64,000 nucleotides of DNA from Actinomycetota bacterium (GCA_030645615.1 JAUSNB010000057.1:12384-76383); one strand, 5' to 3'; counted from the stretch's first letter, positions 26,814-36,773 are shown. Notes: generated by a model from the sequence alone, not told the origin. Numbers and translations: made by a program.

Positions 26814-27577
26814 TGCTGCTCGCCATCGACGTCGGCAACACGAACACGGTGCTCGGGCTGTTCGACGGCGAGTCCCTGGTGTCGTCGTGGCGCATCAAGA
26901 CCGATGCGCGCTCCACGGCCGACGAGATCGTCCTCACCTTCCGCGGACTGCTCGCCGGCGGTCCGGAGGTGGATGGCATCGCGCTGTGCAGCACCGTCCC
27001 GGCGGTGCTGCGCGAGCTTCGGCTGATGCTGTCCCGCTACTACGCCGATCTCCCGACCGTCATCGTCGAGCCGGGCACCAAGACAGGGGTGCCGGTCCTC
27101 ACGGACAACCCCAAGGAGGTCGGCGCCGATCGCATCGTGAACACGATCGCCGCGCACCACGAGTTCGGCGGCCCGTGCATCGTCGTCGACTTCGGTACGT
27201 CGACGAATCTCGACGTCGTGTCGGCCAAGGGCGAGTTCCTCGGGGGTGCCCTCGCGCCAGGGATCGAGATCTCCATTGAAGCCCTCGCCGCCCGGGCCGC
27301 GCAGCTGCGCAAGGTCGAGCTGGTCCGCCCGCGATCGGTCATCGGCAAGAACACGGTCGAGGCACTGCAGTCAGGGGCCCTCTACGGCTTCGCCGGGCAG
27401 GTAGACGGCCTCGTCGACCGGATCACCGACGAGCTGGGGCCAGTCACGGCCGTGGTCGCCACTGGCGGGCTTGCCCCGATCGTCGTCCCCGAGTCACGCA
27501 CGATCACGCATCACGAGCCGGACCTGACTCTCGTGGGCCTGCGGCTCGTGTACGACAAGAATGTCGACCACGACTAG
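26813..27577 (+). CDS. coaX: Type III pantothenate kinase
   Basis: GTG 26813. Motifs LLAIDVGNTNTV, GADRIVN and VVDFGTSTN. Confidence 0.9.
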   Translation: MLLAIDVGNTNTVLGLFDGESLVSSWRIKTDARSTADEIVLTFRGLLAGGPEVDGIALCSTVPAVLRELRLMLSRYYADLPTVIVEPGTKTGVPVLTDNPKEVGADRIVNTIAAHHEFGGPCIVVDFGTSTNLDVVSAKGEFLGGALAPGIEISIEALAARAAQLRKVELVRPRSVIGKNTVEALQSGALYGFAGQVDGLVDRITDELGPVTAVVATGGLAPIVVPESRTITHHEPDLTLVGLRLVYDKNVDHD

Positions 27578-27607
27578 CGGTGCGCGGGCCGGCTGCCCCG
27601 ACGTGGA

Positions 27608-28315
27608 TCATCGAAGGGCGTCATTGACCCCGGCCACCACGGCAGGCACGGCGGCCAGCCCGTGCGTGCGGCCCGCCGTTCGCGGCAGGATCAAGGTGCG
27701 CAGGCCAAGGCTGCTTCCGCCGCCGTCATCGTGGGCGTTGTCGCCCACCATGAGGACCCGCTCCGCAGGAAGGCCGAGCCGCTGCAGGGCCGCCTCGAAT
27801 ATGCGATGGTCAGGCTTGACCGCGCCCACCTCGTACGAGAGCACCACGGCGTCGACCCAGGGGCTGATCCCCTCCCGATCGAGCACCGCGCGGATGGGCA
27901 CGCCGGCGTTGGACAGCAGGCACGTGCGGATCCGCTGCTGCCGAAGCGCCGCCAAGGCCGGGACGGCATCGTCGTAGGCGTGCCATGTGTCGAGCATGAC
28001 CTCGTAGAGGGCATCGGCCAGACCGCGGTCGATGAGCGGGCCCGCCGCGATGAGCTCGTGGAAGACCCGCGAGTGGTCGGCGAAGGACAGGTCCCGGGTG
28101 CTCAACGGGTCGCTGATCCGTGCCCCCTCCCAGATCCGGTCGAGGAAGGCGACCTGCGCCGCCCTGACCCCCGCCTCGCCGGGACGTGGTGCGATGGCGA
28201 GCGCGGCATCAAGCCAGGCGGCCGCCTCGCCCTGGTCGACCAGGGTAGAGTGGATGTCGAAGATGACCCCGTCGATGGGTCCGGCGACGGGCCAGCCGCG
28301 CTCCCGATCAGCCAT
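27608..28315 (-). CDS. HAD-superfamily hydrolase
   Basis: From ATG 28315: motif I as VIFDIHSTLVD, then LLSNAG and MVGDNAHDDGGG. The ORF-track upstream extension is discarded. Confidence 0.7.
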   Translation of the reverse strand: MADRERGWPVAGPIDGVIFDIHSTLVDQGEAAAWLDAALAIAPRPGEAGVRAAQVAFLDRIWEGARISDPLSTRDLSFADHSRVFHELIAAGPLIDRGLADALYEVMLDTWHAYDDAVPALAALRQQRIRTCLLSNAGVPIRAVLDREGISPWVDAVVLSYEVGAVKPDHRIFEAALQRLGLPAERVLMVGDNAHDDGGGSSLGLRTLILPRTAGRTHGLAAVPAVVAGVNDALR

Positions 28316-28361
28316 GGTCACCAACCCTAGACGCTGAGGCCATCCCATACCCTGTACCGCT

Positions 28362-29873
28362 GTGACCACCGACGACGCCGTTCCCGCCGAGGATGACCTG
28401 CCCGAGCAGATGCGCATCCGCCGCGAGAAGCGTGAGCACCTGGTCGCGCGCGGCGTCGATGCCTACGCCATCGGGCTGCCCATCACCGCGACCATCGCCG
28501 AGATGCGCGCGGGCTTCCCCGACCTGCCGCCGGACACGGCCACAGGGACCCGGGCCGGACTTGCCGGTCGCGTCATCTTCGCCCGCAACACCGGCAAGCT
28601 CTGCTTCGCGACGCTGCGGGCCGGGGATGGCACGGAGATCCAGGCCATGCTCTCCCTCGACAAGGTGGGCGCGGACGTGCTGCAGGACTGGAAGGACCTC
28701 GTCGACCTCGGTGACCACGTCTTCGTTTCCGGTGAGGTGATCACCTCGCGGCGAGGCGAGCTCTCGATCCTCGCGGACGAGTGGCGGATGGCGGCCAAGG
28801 CACTGCGGCCGCTTCCCGTGGCGCACAAGCCGCTCGGCGAGGAGACGCGTGTGCGTCAGCGCTATGTCGACCTGGTCGTTCGGCCCGAAGCGCAGCGCAT
28901 GGCGCGCATGCGTCCGGCCGTGGTGGCGTCGGTCCGGCAGAGCATGGACCGACGTGGCTTCATCGAGGTGGAGACCCCGATGCTGCAGACCCAGCACGGC
29001 GGCGCGACGGCTCGGCCATTCGTCACGCGCTCCAATGCATTCGACCTCGACCTCTACCTGCGCATCGCGCCCGAACTGTTCCTCAAGCGCGCAGTGGTCG
29101 GTGGACTTGAGCGGGTCTTCGAGATCAACCGCAACTTTCGCAACGAGGGGGCCGACTCCACGCATTCCCCCGAATTCACGATGCTGGAGTTCTATCAGGC
29201 ATACAGCGACTACCAGGGCATGGCCACCATCACTCGCGAGGTCATTCAGGAGGCCGCCCTGGCCGGGTGCGGCTCGCTCATCGTGACCCACGCGGATGGC
29301 TCGGAGCACGACCTCGGCGGCGTGTGGCCCCAGGTCGATCTGTACGGCTCGTTGTCCGACGCGCTCGGCGAGCAGGTCACGCCCGCCACGGATCGGGCCC
29401 GGCTCGAGGCGCTGTGCGCGCAGGCCGGGATCGAGGTCAAGGCCACCGACGTGTCGGGCAAGCTCGCCGAGGACTTGTTCGAGCACTACGTCGTGCCGTC
29501 ATTCACCAGCCCGACATTCGTCATGGACTACCCCGTCGACACGTCGCCCCTGGTGCGCGGCCATCGAACCAAGCCTGGGGTGGTCGAGAAGTGGGACCTG
29601 TACGTCGATGGCTTCGAGAGCGGCACCGGCTATTCGGAACTCGTCGATCCGGTCGTCCAGCGCGACCGCCTCATGCAGCAGGCCGCGCTCGGTGCCCGCG
29701 GCGACGACGAGGCGATGCGCGTGGACGAGGACTTCCTGCGTGCGATGGAGCACGGCATGCCGCCCATGGGCGGGGTCGGCTTGGGAATCGACCGCCTGCT
29801 CATGCTGCTGACCGGGCAGGGAATACGGGAGACCATCCTGTTCCCGCTCGTCAAGCCGGAGCGGGCGCAGTGA
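28362..29873 (+). CDS. lysS: Lysine--tRNA ligase (class II)
   Basis: OB-fold N-domain and class II motifs FRNEG...[11 protein letters not shown] and [14 protein letters not shown]. Confidence 0.95.
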   Translation: MTTDDAVPAEDDLPEQMRIRREKREHLVARGVDAYAIGLPITATIAEMRAGFPDLPPDTATGTRAGLAGRVIFARNTGKLCFATLRAGDGTEIQAMLSLDKVGADVLQDWKDLVDLGDHVFVSGEVITSRRGELSILADEWRMAAKALRPLPVAHKPLGEETRVRQRYVDLVVRPEAQRMARMRPAVVASVRQSMDRRGFIEVETPMLQTQHGGATARPFVTRSNAFDLDLYLRIAPELFLKRAVVGGLERVFEINRNFRNEGADSTHSPEFTMLEFYQAYSDYQGMATITREVIQEAALAGCGSLIVTHADGSEHDLGGVWPQVDLYGSLSDALGEQVTPATDRARLEALCAQAGIEVKATDVSGKLAEDLFEHYVVPSFTSPTFVMDYPVDTSPLVRGHRTKPGVVEKWDLYVDGFESGTGYSELVDPVVQRDRLMQQAALGARGDDEAMRVDEDFLRAMEHGMPPMGGVGLGIDRLLMLLTGQGIRETILFPLVKPERAQ

Positions 29874-30379
29874 CCGGCGCCGGGGAGGTCACCGTCCGGC
29901 CCGCACGTACGACGGACATCCGGGCGATCCGGTCCTTCATCGACCAGTACTCAACCGACGGACGGCTGTTGTCGAAGGCGACCGTGACCTTGTTCGAGGA
30001 TGTCCAGGAATTCCTGGTGGCCGAGGCCGACGGCGAGGTGGTCGGCTGCGGCGCGGTGCACGTCATGTGGGAAGACCTCGCCGAGGTCCGCACCCTGGCG
30101 GTCGATCCGGCCCGCGTGGGGCACGGGATCGGGTCATTGCTCCTGCAGGCCCTCATGGACCGCGCCAGGGAACTTGGGGTCAAGCGGGTCTTCTGCCTGA
30201 CCTTCCGGGTGCGCTTCTTCGAGGCCCACGGCTTCGTCGAGATCGAGGACACCCCTGTTGACGCTGGCGTGTATGCGCAACTGCTGCAGTCATACGACGA
30301 GGGCGTGGCGGAGTTCCTGGGCCTCGAGCGAGTCAAGCCCAACACCTTGGGCAACCACCGGATGCTGGCGACGCTGTGA
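29870..30379 (+). CDS. GNAT-family N-acetyltransferase (amino-acid N-acetyltransferase-like)
   Basis: GTGA overlap with lysS. Acetyl-CoA motif [20 protein letters not shown]. Confidence 0.75.
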   Translation: MTGAGEVTVRPARTTDIRAIRSFIDQYSTDGRLLSKATVTLFEDVQEFLVAEADGEVVGCGAVHVMWEDLAEVRTLAVDPARVGHGIGSLLLQALMDRARELGVKRVFCLTFRVRFFEAHGFVEIEDTPVDAGVYAQLLQSYDEGVAEFLGLERVKPNTLGNHRMLATL

Positions 30380-31161
30380 ACCGCGGCGCCTGGGCGGCCA
30401 CGGTAGCCGCAGGAGCGGTGGTGCTGGGGTTCCTGGCCTGGTCCCCGCCTGTCGCCGCGGACCCCCCGGTCACGGAATCCTCGCGTGCGGCGACGCGCCC
30501 GTTGGCGGGTCGTCTCATCGTGCTCGACCCCGGGCACCAGCTCGGCAACTCCAACCCGAAGTTCGCCAAGCAGATGAGCCAGACCATGTTCAACGGGTCG
30601 ATCGTGAAGGGCTGCAACACCTCGGGCACGGCCACCAACGCCGGCTACCCGGAGTCCACGTTCAACTGGCGCGTCGCGAAGCGGCTGAAGACGTTGCTCG
30701 AGGACGCGGGGGCGCGCGTGGAGATGACCCGGACGACGAACTCGTACGATGACTGGGGCCCATGCGTGTGGGATCGCGCAGGCGTCGCGAACCGCCTCGG
30801 GGCCGACGCCATGATCAGCATCCACGGTGACGGCGCGGGATCGAGCAGCAAGGGCTTCTTTGCCATTGCGCCGGTGCGCATCAACGGCTGGACGGACGAC
30901 GTGGTCGCCGTCGACCGGCGCCTGGCCAAGGCCATGATCGCCGGCATGATCGCAGCGGGTGCCGTCCCCGCCAACTATGTCTCCGGCCAGTTGCTTCTTT
31001 CGCGAGACACGACATCGCTGAACCTCAGCAACGTGCCGACGACGACCATCGAGCTCGGCAACATGCGCAACGCGCAGGACGCCCGGCGGATGAGCTCGGC
31101 GAGCGGGCAGGAGCAGTACGCGCGGTGGCTGCTGGCCGGACTGGAGCGCTTCTTCCGGTAG
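30376..31161 (+). CDS. N-acetylmuramoyl-L-alanine amidase (Amidase_3 type), secreted
   Basis: Signal/anchor [15 protein letters not shown]. Motifs VLDPGHQ, ISIHGDG and ELGNMRN. Confidence 0.8.
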   Translation: MNRGAWAATVAAGAVVLGFLAWSPPVAADPPVTESSRAATRPLAGRLIVLDPGHQLGNSNPKFAKQMSQTMFNGSIVKGCNTSGTATNAGYPESTFNWRVAKRLKTLLEDAGARVEMTRTTNSYDDWGPCVWDRAGVANRLGADAMISIHGDGAGSSSKGFFAIAPVRINGWTDDVVAVDRRLAKAMIAGMIAAGAVPANYVSGQLLLSRDTTSLNLSNVPTTTIELGNMRNAQDARRMSSASGQEQYARWLLAGLERFFR

Positions 31162-31165
31162 TCCT

Positions 31166-31705
31166 TCAGTCGCCGAAGGCCCGGACGAGAGTCCGGAGCA
31201 GACCGGCCAGCGCGGCCCGGCCGGCAGGATCCAGCACGGACAGCAGCGCCTGCTCGCGATCGAGCAGGTCACCCATGGCTGCGTCCACCACCGCCCGCCC
31301 GGACACCGTGAGCTCCACCCGGACGCCGCGGCGGTCAGTGGGGTCCGGGGCCCGTCGGACCAGGCCGCGCTCCTCGAGCCGGTCGACGCGGTTGGTCATG
31401 GTGCCGCTGGTCACCAGCGTCTCCGCGCCCAGGGAGCCGGGGGACAGGGAGTAGGGCGGCCCGGACCGTCGCAGGGCGGCCAGGACGTCGAACTCCCACG
31501 TCTCCAGGCCGTGCTCGGCGAAGGCCTGGCGCCGGGCCAGGTCCAGGTGCCAGGACAGCCGGGTGACCCGGGACAGGACCTGGAGCGGGTCCACGTCGAG
31601 GTCCGGCCGCTCGCGCTGCCAGGCCCGGGCGATCCGGTCGACCTCGTCGGCGCCGTCGACCCGTGATCGATCCTCGACCCGGTCGGCAGGCTGGGGTGCG
31701 GTCAC
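31166..31705 (-). CDS. MarR-family transcriptional regulator
   Basis: From GTG 31705: wHTH pattern FDVLAALRRSGPPYSLSPGSL...TSGTMTNRVDRLEERGLVRRAPDPTDRRGV. Divergent from the MMPL gene. Confidence 0.8.
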   Translation of the reverse strand: MTAPQPADRVEDRSRVDGADEVDRIARAWQRERPDLDVDPLQVLSRVTRLSWHLDLARRQAFAEHGLETWEFDVLAALRRSGPPYSLSPGSLGAETLVTSGTMTNRVDRLEERGLVRRAPDPTDRRGVRVELTVSGRAVVDAAMGDLLDREQALLSVLDPAGRAALAGLLRTLVRAFGD

Positions 31706-31718
31706 CCGACCATGGTAG

Positions 31719-31747
31719 GTCAAGTCTCTTGACGTCGAGACTCTTGA
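31719..31747. promoter_or_regulatory. Candidate MarR operator in the MarR/MMPL divergent region
   Basis: Palindrome GTCAAG-TCT-CTTGAC (31719..31733) overlaps the inverted repeat AGTCTC-N8-GAGACT (31723..31742). CTCTTGA is repeated 15 nt apart. Confidence 0.35.
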
Positions 31748-31800
31748 AGGTCGCCCTATCCGGCAGGCCTCCGGCCGCCGGACCCGTGGCCTAGGACAGG

Positions 31801-34800
31801 ATGGCGCCCATGACCCGCTGGCCCGTCCACCATCCCGTCCTGGCATTGGTTGCATGGGCCGTCCTCCTCGTCGGGATAGCCGGCGCCGCGGTGGGCGTCG
31901 GCGGCTCCTTCAATGACACCTTCGCCCTCCCCGGCGTCCAGTCGACCACCGCCCAAGACCTGCTGACCAAGCTTGAGGGCTCCCCGTCGAAGACCACCAC
32001 CGTCCAGGTGGTCTGGTCGCCGGCCACGGGCAAGGCCGGCGACCCCGCGACCCAGCAGGCGATCGAGCCCACCCTCAAGGCGCTCGGGGAGCTGGGCTTC
32101 GTCGAGTGCGTCGTGGGGCCCTACGGCACGAACTACGGGACCACCTGCCCGAAGGCGACACCGACCGACCTCAAGGCAGCCGTCCTGGCCGGCATCCGCG
32201 CGGAGCTGGCCAAGAAGACGGGCATCCCCGAGGACGAGCTTGCCGAGGCCGCACGGCTCCTGAACGAACTGGCGCCGGTGCAGGACGCCGACCCGGCCAC
32301 GCTGGCCGCGATCGCTCGCACGCTGCCGGCGATCGCGCAGGTGGCCTCGGCGCCGAAGAAGGTCCTCGACACGCTGGCTGCCATCACTCCCAAGGACCTG
32401 CAGTTCCTTGTCGGGCTGGACAAGGCCGACATCACGGCAGGTCTCACGGCCGTGGGCGGCCTCGCTGCCTTCGCGAACCTGCCGGCCACGTCGCTGAAGG
32501 CACTTGCGGCCACCGATCCGGGGGATCTGGCCGCGTTCGCGAAGGCACTGCCCGGCGATGTCGCTGGCCTGGAGAAGGTGATGTCCGGCCTAGCGTCCGC
32601 GGCAGCATCGGACCCGGCGCTGGCCGCCGCGATCGCCGATGTCGCCAAGGCGACCGGCCTGACCAAGAAGCAGGTGCGGGCCGCCGCGACGCTGATGGAC
32701 CAGATTGCCCCGCTGGCCAACGCGGACCCGGCGCGGCTGGCAGCGATCGCGAAGGCGCTGCCCGACCTCGCCTCACTGGCCCGCGCCGACAAGGCCAGCC
32801 TCGACGCCCTGGCCGACCTGAGCCCCGCGGACCTGTCCTTCCTCGTCGGGCTGACGAAGCAGGACATCAAGGACGTGACTGCGGCGTTCGGCAATCTCCG
32901 CAAGTTCGCCGACCTACCCCCGGCAACCCTCGCGTCGCTCGCGGCCGCGAGTCCCAAGGCGCTGGCGGCTATGGCGCGGGGCATCCCCAAGGACGTGGCC
33001 AAGGCGACCAAGGCCATGGCGGAGATCAAGGCCAAGGCCAAGGTGCTGGGGGAGGCGGCCGAGGCCACGCAGAAGGCCACGTCCGCGATCTCGCCCAACG
33101 GCAAGGTCGCCTATGCGACGGTCACCCTCAACGGCACGGCGGTATCCACTCGCGATGCCGTGCAGTTCGTCGACACCGCCATCGCCGGCAACTCGGCGGC
33201 CCTCACGGTCGGGGTCTCGGGTGCGGCGCTTGAAGGCACCGTCTCGGGGCCGGACTCATCCGAGGGCGTCGGCCTCATCGTCGCCATCATCATCCTGCTC
33301 ATCGCGTTCGGCTCGCTCGTTGCGGCCGGGCTTCCGATCGTCGTGGCCCTGACCGGCCTGGTCGCGGGCCAACTGCTGGTCCTCATCGCCGCCCGGTTCA
33401 TGGACGTGGCGACATTCGCACCTACACTGGCCGCGATGATCGGCCTCGGTGTCGGCATCGACTACGCCCTGTTCATCCTGAACCGGTTCCACCAGGGCGT
33501 CCAGCAGGGCCTGGCCCCGAAGGAAGCCGTCCTCGCCTCGACCGGCACGGCGGGCAAGGCCGTGGCCTTCGCCGGCACGACCGTGATGGTGGCGCTGCTG
33601 GGCATGTTCGTGCTGCGCATCACCTTCTTCAACGGCCTGGCGGTGGCCGCGGCCGCGGCCGTGCTGATGGTCATGCTCTCCGCCCTGTGGATGCTCCCGG
33701 CGCTGCTCTCCCTGCTGGGTGCCCGCGCGCTGTCCCTGCGGATGCCCTGGGCCCGCCACCCGAGATACGTCGAACCCGAAGCGTCGAAGTGGGCCAAGTA
33801 CGGGGCGCTGATCCAGAAGATGCCGGCCATACCGGCCGCCTTGTCGTTGGTGCTGATCGGCTTCCTGGCCGCACCGGCCCTCTCGATGCAGATGGGCTTC
33901 CCCGACGACTCGTCGGAGACCCCCGGCACGCCCCTCCGAGTCGGCTTCGACCTGCTGGCCGAGGGCTTCGGGCCCGGCGTCAACGGCCCGTTCTTCGTGG
34001 CCGTCGAGACGACAAAGGCGGACGACTACTCCGCGCTGGGCGCGGTCGTGAAGGCGCTCGAGGCCACCCCAGGGGTGGCCTCGACGATCCCGTCGTCGGG
34101 GATGCTGCCATTGATGGAGGCGGGCAAGCAGGGCTTCGGGGCCGACGGCATGATCACGTCGGTCATCGTGCGGCCGTCGACCGCACCCTCCGACGAAGGC
34201 ACGGCCGACCTGCTGGACCGCATCCGATCCACCACCGCAGAGCAGATCGCGGCCGATTCCGGCGCGACGATCTACGTAGGCGGCACCCAAGCGGTATCCG
34301 AGGACTTCACGACGGTACTCGTGGGCGCGCTGCCGCTGTTCCTCCTGCTGGTCGTGGGGCTGGGATTCCTGGCCCTCATGCTGCTGTTCCACTCGCTGCT
34401 CATCCCCTTGACGGCGGCGGTGACATCTCTCCTGTCCTTCGCGGCGGCACTGGGCATCACGGTCGCCGTGTTCCAGTGGGGCATCGCCGACACGATCCTG
34501 GGTGTCGGCGGGACAGGCCCGATCCTGCCGTTCCTGCCGATCATGGTCTTCGCGATCCTGTTCGGCCTGTCGATGGACTACCAGGTGTTCCTGGTCACCC
34601 GGATGCGCGAGGAATGGCAGGTGCATGGCAACAACCGCGATGCCGTGCGCCTGGGGTTGGCCGGCTCCGGCCGGGTCGTCGTCATCGCGGCCACGATCAT
34701 GACCAGCGTGTTCCTGTCATTCGTGCCGACGCCGGTCGACACGATCAAGGTGTTCGGCGTGGCCCTGGCATCAGCGGTCATCATCGATGCCTTCGTCGTC

Positions 34801-34902
34801 CGGCTTGTGCTGGTGCCTTCGCTCATGAGCCTCTTCGGCAAGGCCAATTGGTGGCTGCCTCGCTGGCTCGACAAGATCCTGCCGACCATCAAGCTGGAGT
34901 AG
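31801..34902 (+). CDS. MMPL/RND-superfamily transporter with a greatly expanded first extracytoplasmic loop
   Basis: 1033 aa. One N-terminal TM is followed by ~460 aa of soluble Ala-rich sequence, then two 5-6 TM bundles with MMPL motifs (GVGIDYALFIL..., GLSMDYQVFLVTRMRE). Confidence 0.85.
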   Translation: MAPMTRWPVHHPVLALVAWAVLLVGIAGAAVGVGGSFNDTFALPGVQSTTAQDLLTKLEGSPSKTTTVQVVWSPATGKAGDPATQQAIEPTLKALGELGFVECVVGPYGTNYGTTCPKATPTDLKAAVLAGIRAELAKKTGIPEDELAEAARLLNELAPVQDADPATLAAIARTLPAIAQVASAPKKVLDTLAAITPKDLQFLVGLDKADITAGLTAVGGLAAFANLPATSLKALAATDPGDLAAFAKALPGDVAGLEKVMSGLASAAASDPALAAAIADVAKATGLTKKQVRAAATLMDQIAPLANADPARLAAIAKALPDLASLARADKASLDALADLSPADLSFLVGLTKQDIKDVTAAFGNLRKFADLPPATLASLAAASPKALAAMARGIPKDVAKATKAMAEIKAKAKVLGEAAEATQKATSAISPNGKVAYATVTLNGTAVSTRDAVQFVDTAIAGNSAALTVGVSGAALEGTVSGPDSSEGVGLIVAIIILLIAFGSLVAAGLPIVVALTGLVAGQLLVLIAARFMDVATFAPTLAAMIGLGVGIDYALFILNRFHQGVQQGLAPKEAVLASTGTAGKAVAFAGTTVMVALLGMFVLRITFFNGLAVAAAAAVLMVMLSALWMLPALLSLLGARALSLRMPWARHPRYVEPEASKWAKYGALIQKMPAIPAALSLVLIGFLAAPALSMQMGFPDDSSETPGTPLRVGFDLLAEGFGPGVNGPFFVAVETTKADDYSALGAVVKALEATPGVASTIPSSGMLPLMEAGKQGFGADGMITSVIVRPSTAPSDEGTADLLDRIRSTTAEQIAADSGATIYVGGTQAVSEDFTTVLVGALPLFLLLVVGLGFLALMLLFHSLLIPLTAAVTSLLSFAAALGITVAVFQWGIADTILGVGGTGPILPFLPIMVFAILFGLSMDYQVFLVTRMREEWQVHGNNRDAVRLGLAGSGRVVVIAATIMTSVFLSFVPTPVDTIKVFGVALASAVIIDAFVVRLVLVPSLMSLFGKANWWLPRWLDKILPTIKLE
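32242..33027 (+). repeat. Intragenic tandem duplication: two ~117-aa Ala-rich repeats in the MMPL loop
   Basis: Repeat 1 covers aa 148-264 (32242..32592). Repeat 2 covers aa 293-409 (32677..33027). My ungapped manual alignment gives 57/117 identical residues, for example ADPAxLAAIAxxLP and DLxFLVGLxKxDI. Confidence 0.8.
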
Positions 34903-34912
34903 GAGTGCCGGG

Positions 34913-35659
34913 TCAGCTGTCCTTGATGACCAGGCGCGGCTTGGCCTCCATGTTCTCCAGGCCGTTCCAGGCGAGATTGACCAGGTGGGAGACGACCTCG
35001 TCCTTCCTGGGCTTTCGGACGTCCAGCCACCACTGGCCGGTCTGGGCGACCATGCCCACGAGCATCTGCGCGTAGAGGGGGGCCCACTTGGGGTTGAGCT
35101 TGTGCGCCCGGAATTGCGCCTCGAGCAGGTCGGTGACCTTCGCGGCCACATCCACGATGACCGTCGCAAAGGTCCCGGTGAAGCCCACGCCGCCTGCGTC
35201 CGGGTCGCGCACGACAGGGGTGTCGCGCACGAGGATCCGGAAGCCGTCGGGGTACCGCTCGATGTAGTCGAACAGGGCCATGCCGGCGCGCTCGAGGAGG
35301 ACGCGAGCGGAGGTGTCGTCATCGGTTGATCCGAGTGCCTTGATCATCGAGTCGAGCAGGTAGGACATCTCACGGTCGACGACCACCGCGTACAGGCCTT
35401 CCTTGCCACCGAAGTGCTCGTAGACAACAGGCTTGGAGACGTTGGCCTTTGCGGCGATCTCCTCCACGCTGACGACCTCGAAGCCCTTCTCTGCGAAGAG
35501 CTTGCGACCGACGTCGAGCAGTTGCAGGCGGCGCTCCTGCCCGCTCATGCGAACCCGCTCGCGCGGATGCGCATCGGCGCGGGCAGTGCGGACCACTAGC
35601 GGAGTCACGTTCGTCGGGGCATCGTCCTCGACGGCGTCGTCGACGGGATCGGGCGTCAT
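34913..35659 (-). CDS. TetR-family transcriptional regulator
   Basis: From ATG 35659 (ATGA overlap with the desaturase stop). HTH region FAEKGFEVVSVEEIAAKANVSKPVVYEHFGGKEGLY. The rest of the 528-aa ORF in the track is an out-of-frame read-through over the desaturase gene. Confidence 0.85.
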   Translation of the reverse strand: MTPDPVDDAVEDDAPTNVTPLVVRTARADAHPRERVRMSGQERRLQLLDVGRKLFAEKGFEVVSVEEIAAKANVSKPVVYEHFGGKEGLYAVVVDREMSYLLDSMIKALGSTDDDTSARVLLERAGMALFDYIERYPDGFRILVRDTPVVRDPDAGGVGFTGTFATVIVDVAAKVTDLLEAQFRAHKLNPKWAPLYAQMLVGMVAQTGQWWLDVRKPRKDEVVSHLVNLAWNGLENMEAKPRLVIKDS

Positions 35660-36651
35660 GCCGACGCCCCGACGCTCACCGCCGCCTTGTCGAGCCCCCG
35701 CACCCGCGCCCGCATGGCCGGGTCCTTGAGCTTCGCTGCGATGCGCTCGGGCTTGGGCCAGCGCACGTCGTGGGCCAGTCGGAGCTTCTCCAGCGCGCGG
35801 ATGATGCCTGCGCTCACGTCGATCTGCCCGCGCAGCACCCCGTGCCGGGCGGAGGTCTGGTCGACGTGGTGCAGGTTGTGCCAGGACTCGCCCATCGACG
35901 GGATGGCCAGCCAGGCCACGTTGCTGGAAAGGTCCCGGGACTCGAACGGCCGCTTGCCGAACACGTGGCAGATGGAGTTGATGGACCAGGTGACGTGGTG
36001 GACGAGGGCGATGCGCACGAGGCCCGCCCAGAAGAAGGCGGTGAGCGCCCCCATCCATGACCAGGTGACGAGGCCGCCCACGAGGGCGGGGAGCAGCAGC
36101 GTGGTCACGACGACCGCGGGAAAGTAGCGGGACAGTGCGCGCAGGTCCTTGTCGGCCGCGATGTCGGGGGCGTACTTGGCGATCGAGGTGTTCTCCGAGT
36201 CGAAGAACCAGCCCACGTGCGCGTAGTACAGGCCCTTGGCCACCTGCCGGCGCGAGGTGCCGAAGCGCCACGGCGAGTGCGGATCGCCGACCTCGTCCGA
36301 GAACTTGTGGTGCTTGCGGTGGTCCGCGACCCACTGGTCCAGGGAGCCCTCGAGCGCCAACGAGCCCATGAGGGCCAGCGCGATCTTGACCGGGCGGCCC
36401 GCCTTGAACGAGCCATGAGTGAAGAAGCGGTGGTAGCCGACCGTGATGCCCAGGGCGGTGATGACCCACATGACGAACACGAGGGCGATATCGAGCCACG
36501 ACAGCCAGCCTCCCCAGGCGACCGGGATCGCCGCGACGACTGCCAGCAGCGGCACCACGACGAAGTAGGCGATGGTGATCCGCATGCCGAGGCCATTGAG
36601 CTGCACGGGCTCGGTGGCTTCGGCGGTCTGGCTTTGGGTGGAGAGGGTCAT
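35656..36651 (-). CDS. Membrane acyl-CoA/acyl-lipid desaturase (stearoyl-CoA desaturase family)
   Basis: From ATG 36651 with SD GAGGAG. The three histidine boxes are HRFFTH, HRKHH and HNLHH. Confidence 0.88.
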   Translation of the reverse strand: MTLSTQSQTAEATEPVQLNGLGMRITIAYFVVVPLLAVVAAIPVAWGGWLSWLDIALVFVMWVITALGITVGYHRFFTHGSFKAGRPVKIALALMGSLALEGSLDQWVADHRKHHKFSDEVGDPHSPWRFGTSRRQVAKGLYYAHVGWFFDSENTSIAKYAPDIAADKDLRALSRYFPAVVVTTLLLPALVGGLVTWSWMGALTAFFWAGLVRIALVHHVTWSINSICHVFGKRPFESRDLSSNVAWLAIPSMGESWHNLHHVDQTSARHGVLRGQIDVSAGIIRALEKLRLAHDVRWPKPERIAAKLKDPAMRARVRGLDKAAVSVGASA

Positions 36652-36680
36652 CGGGCTCCTCGATCGGGCGGAAAGAACGC

Positions 36681-36715
36681 TACCTACGCTTCCGTAAGTT
36701 ACGGCACCGTAGGTA
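36681..36715. promoter_or_regulatory. 35-bp near-perfect palindrome upstream of the desaturase-TetR operon (candidate TetR operator)
   Basis: TACCTACG-CTT-CCGTAA-G-TTACGG-CAC-CGTAGGTA. 15 of 17 symmetric positions pair. Centred at 36698, 30-64 nt upstream of the desaturase start. Confidence 0.4.
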
Positions 36716-36773
36716 CGGACGTCAAGCACGCCGGTCCCGACCCGGGGTGCCCGTCTAGGGTTGGCGTGCACGT

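Noticed and set aside
34913-36499. 528-aa ORF that looks like a large TetR fusion protein.
   Set aside because: Only the last 248 aa (from ATG 35659) are TetR-like. The upstream part overlaps the desaturase gene out of frame and is low-complexity.
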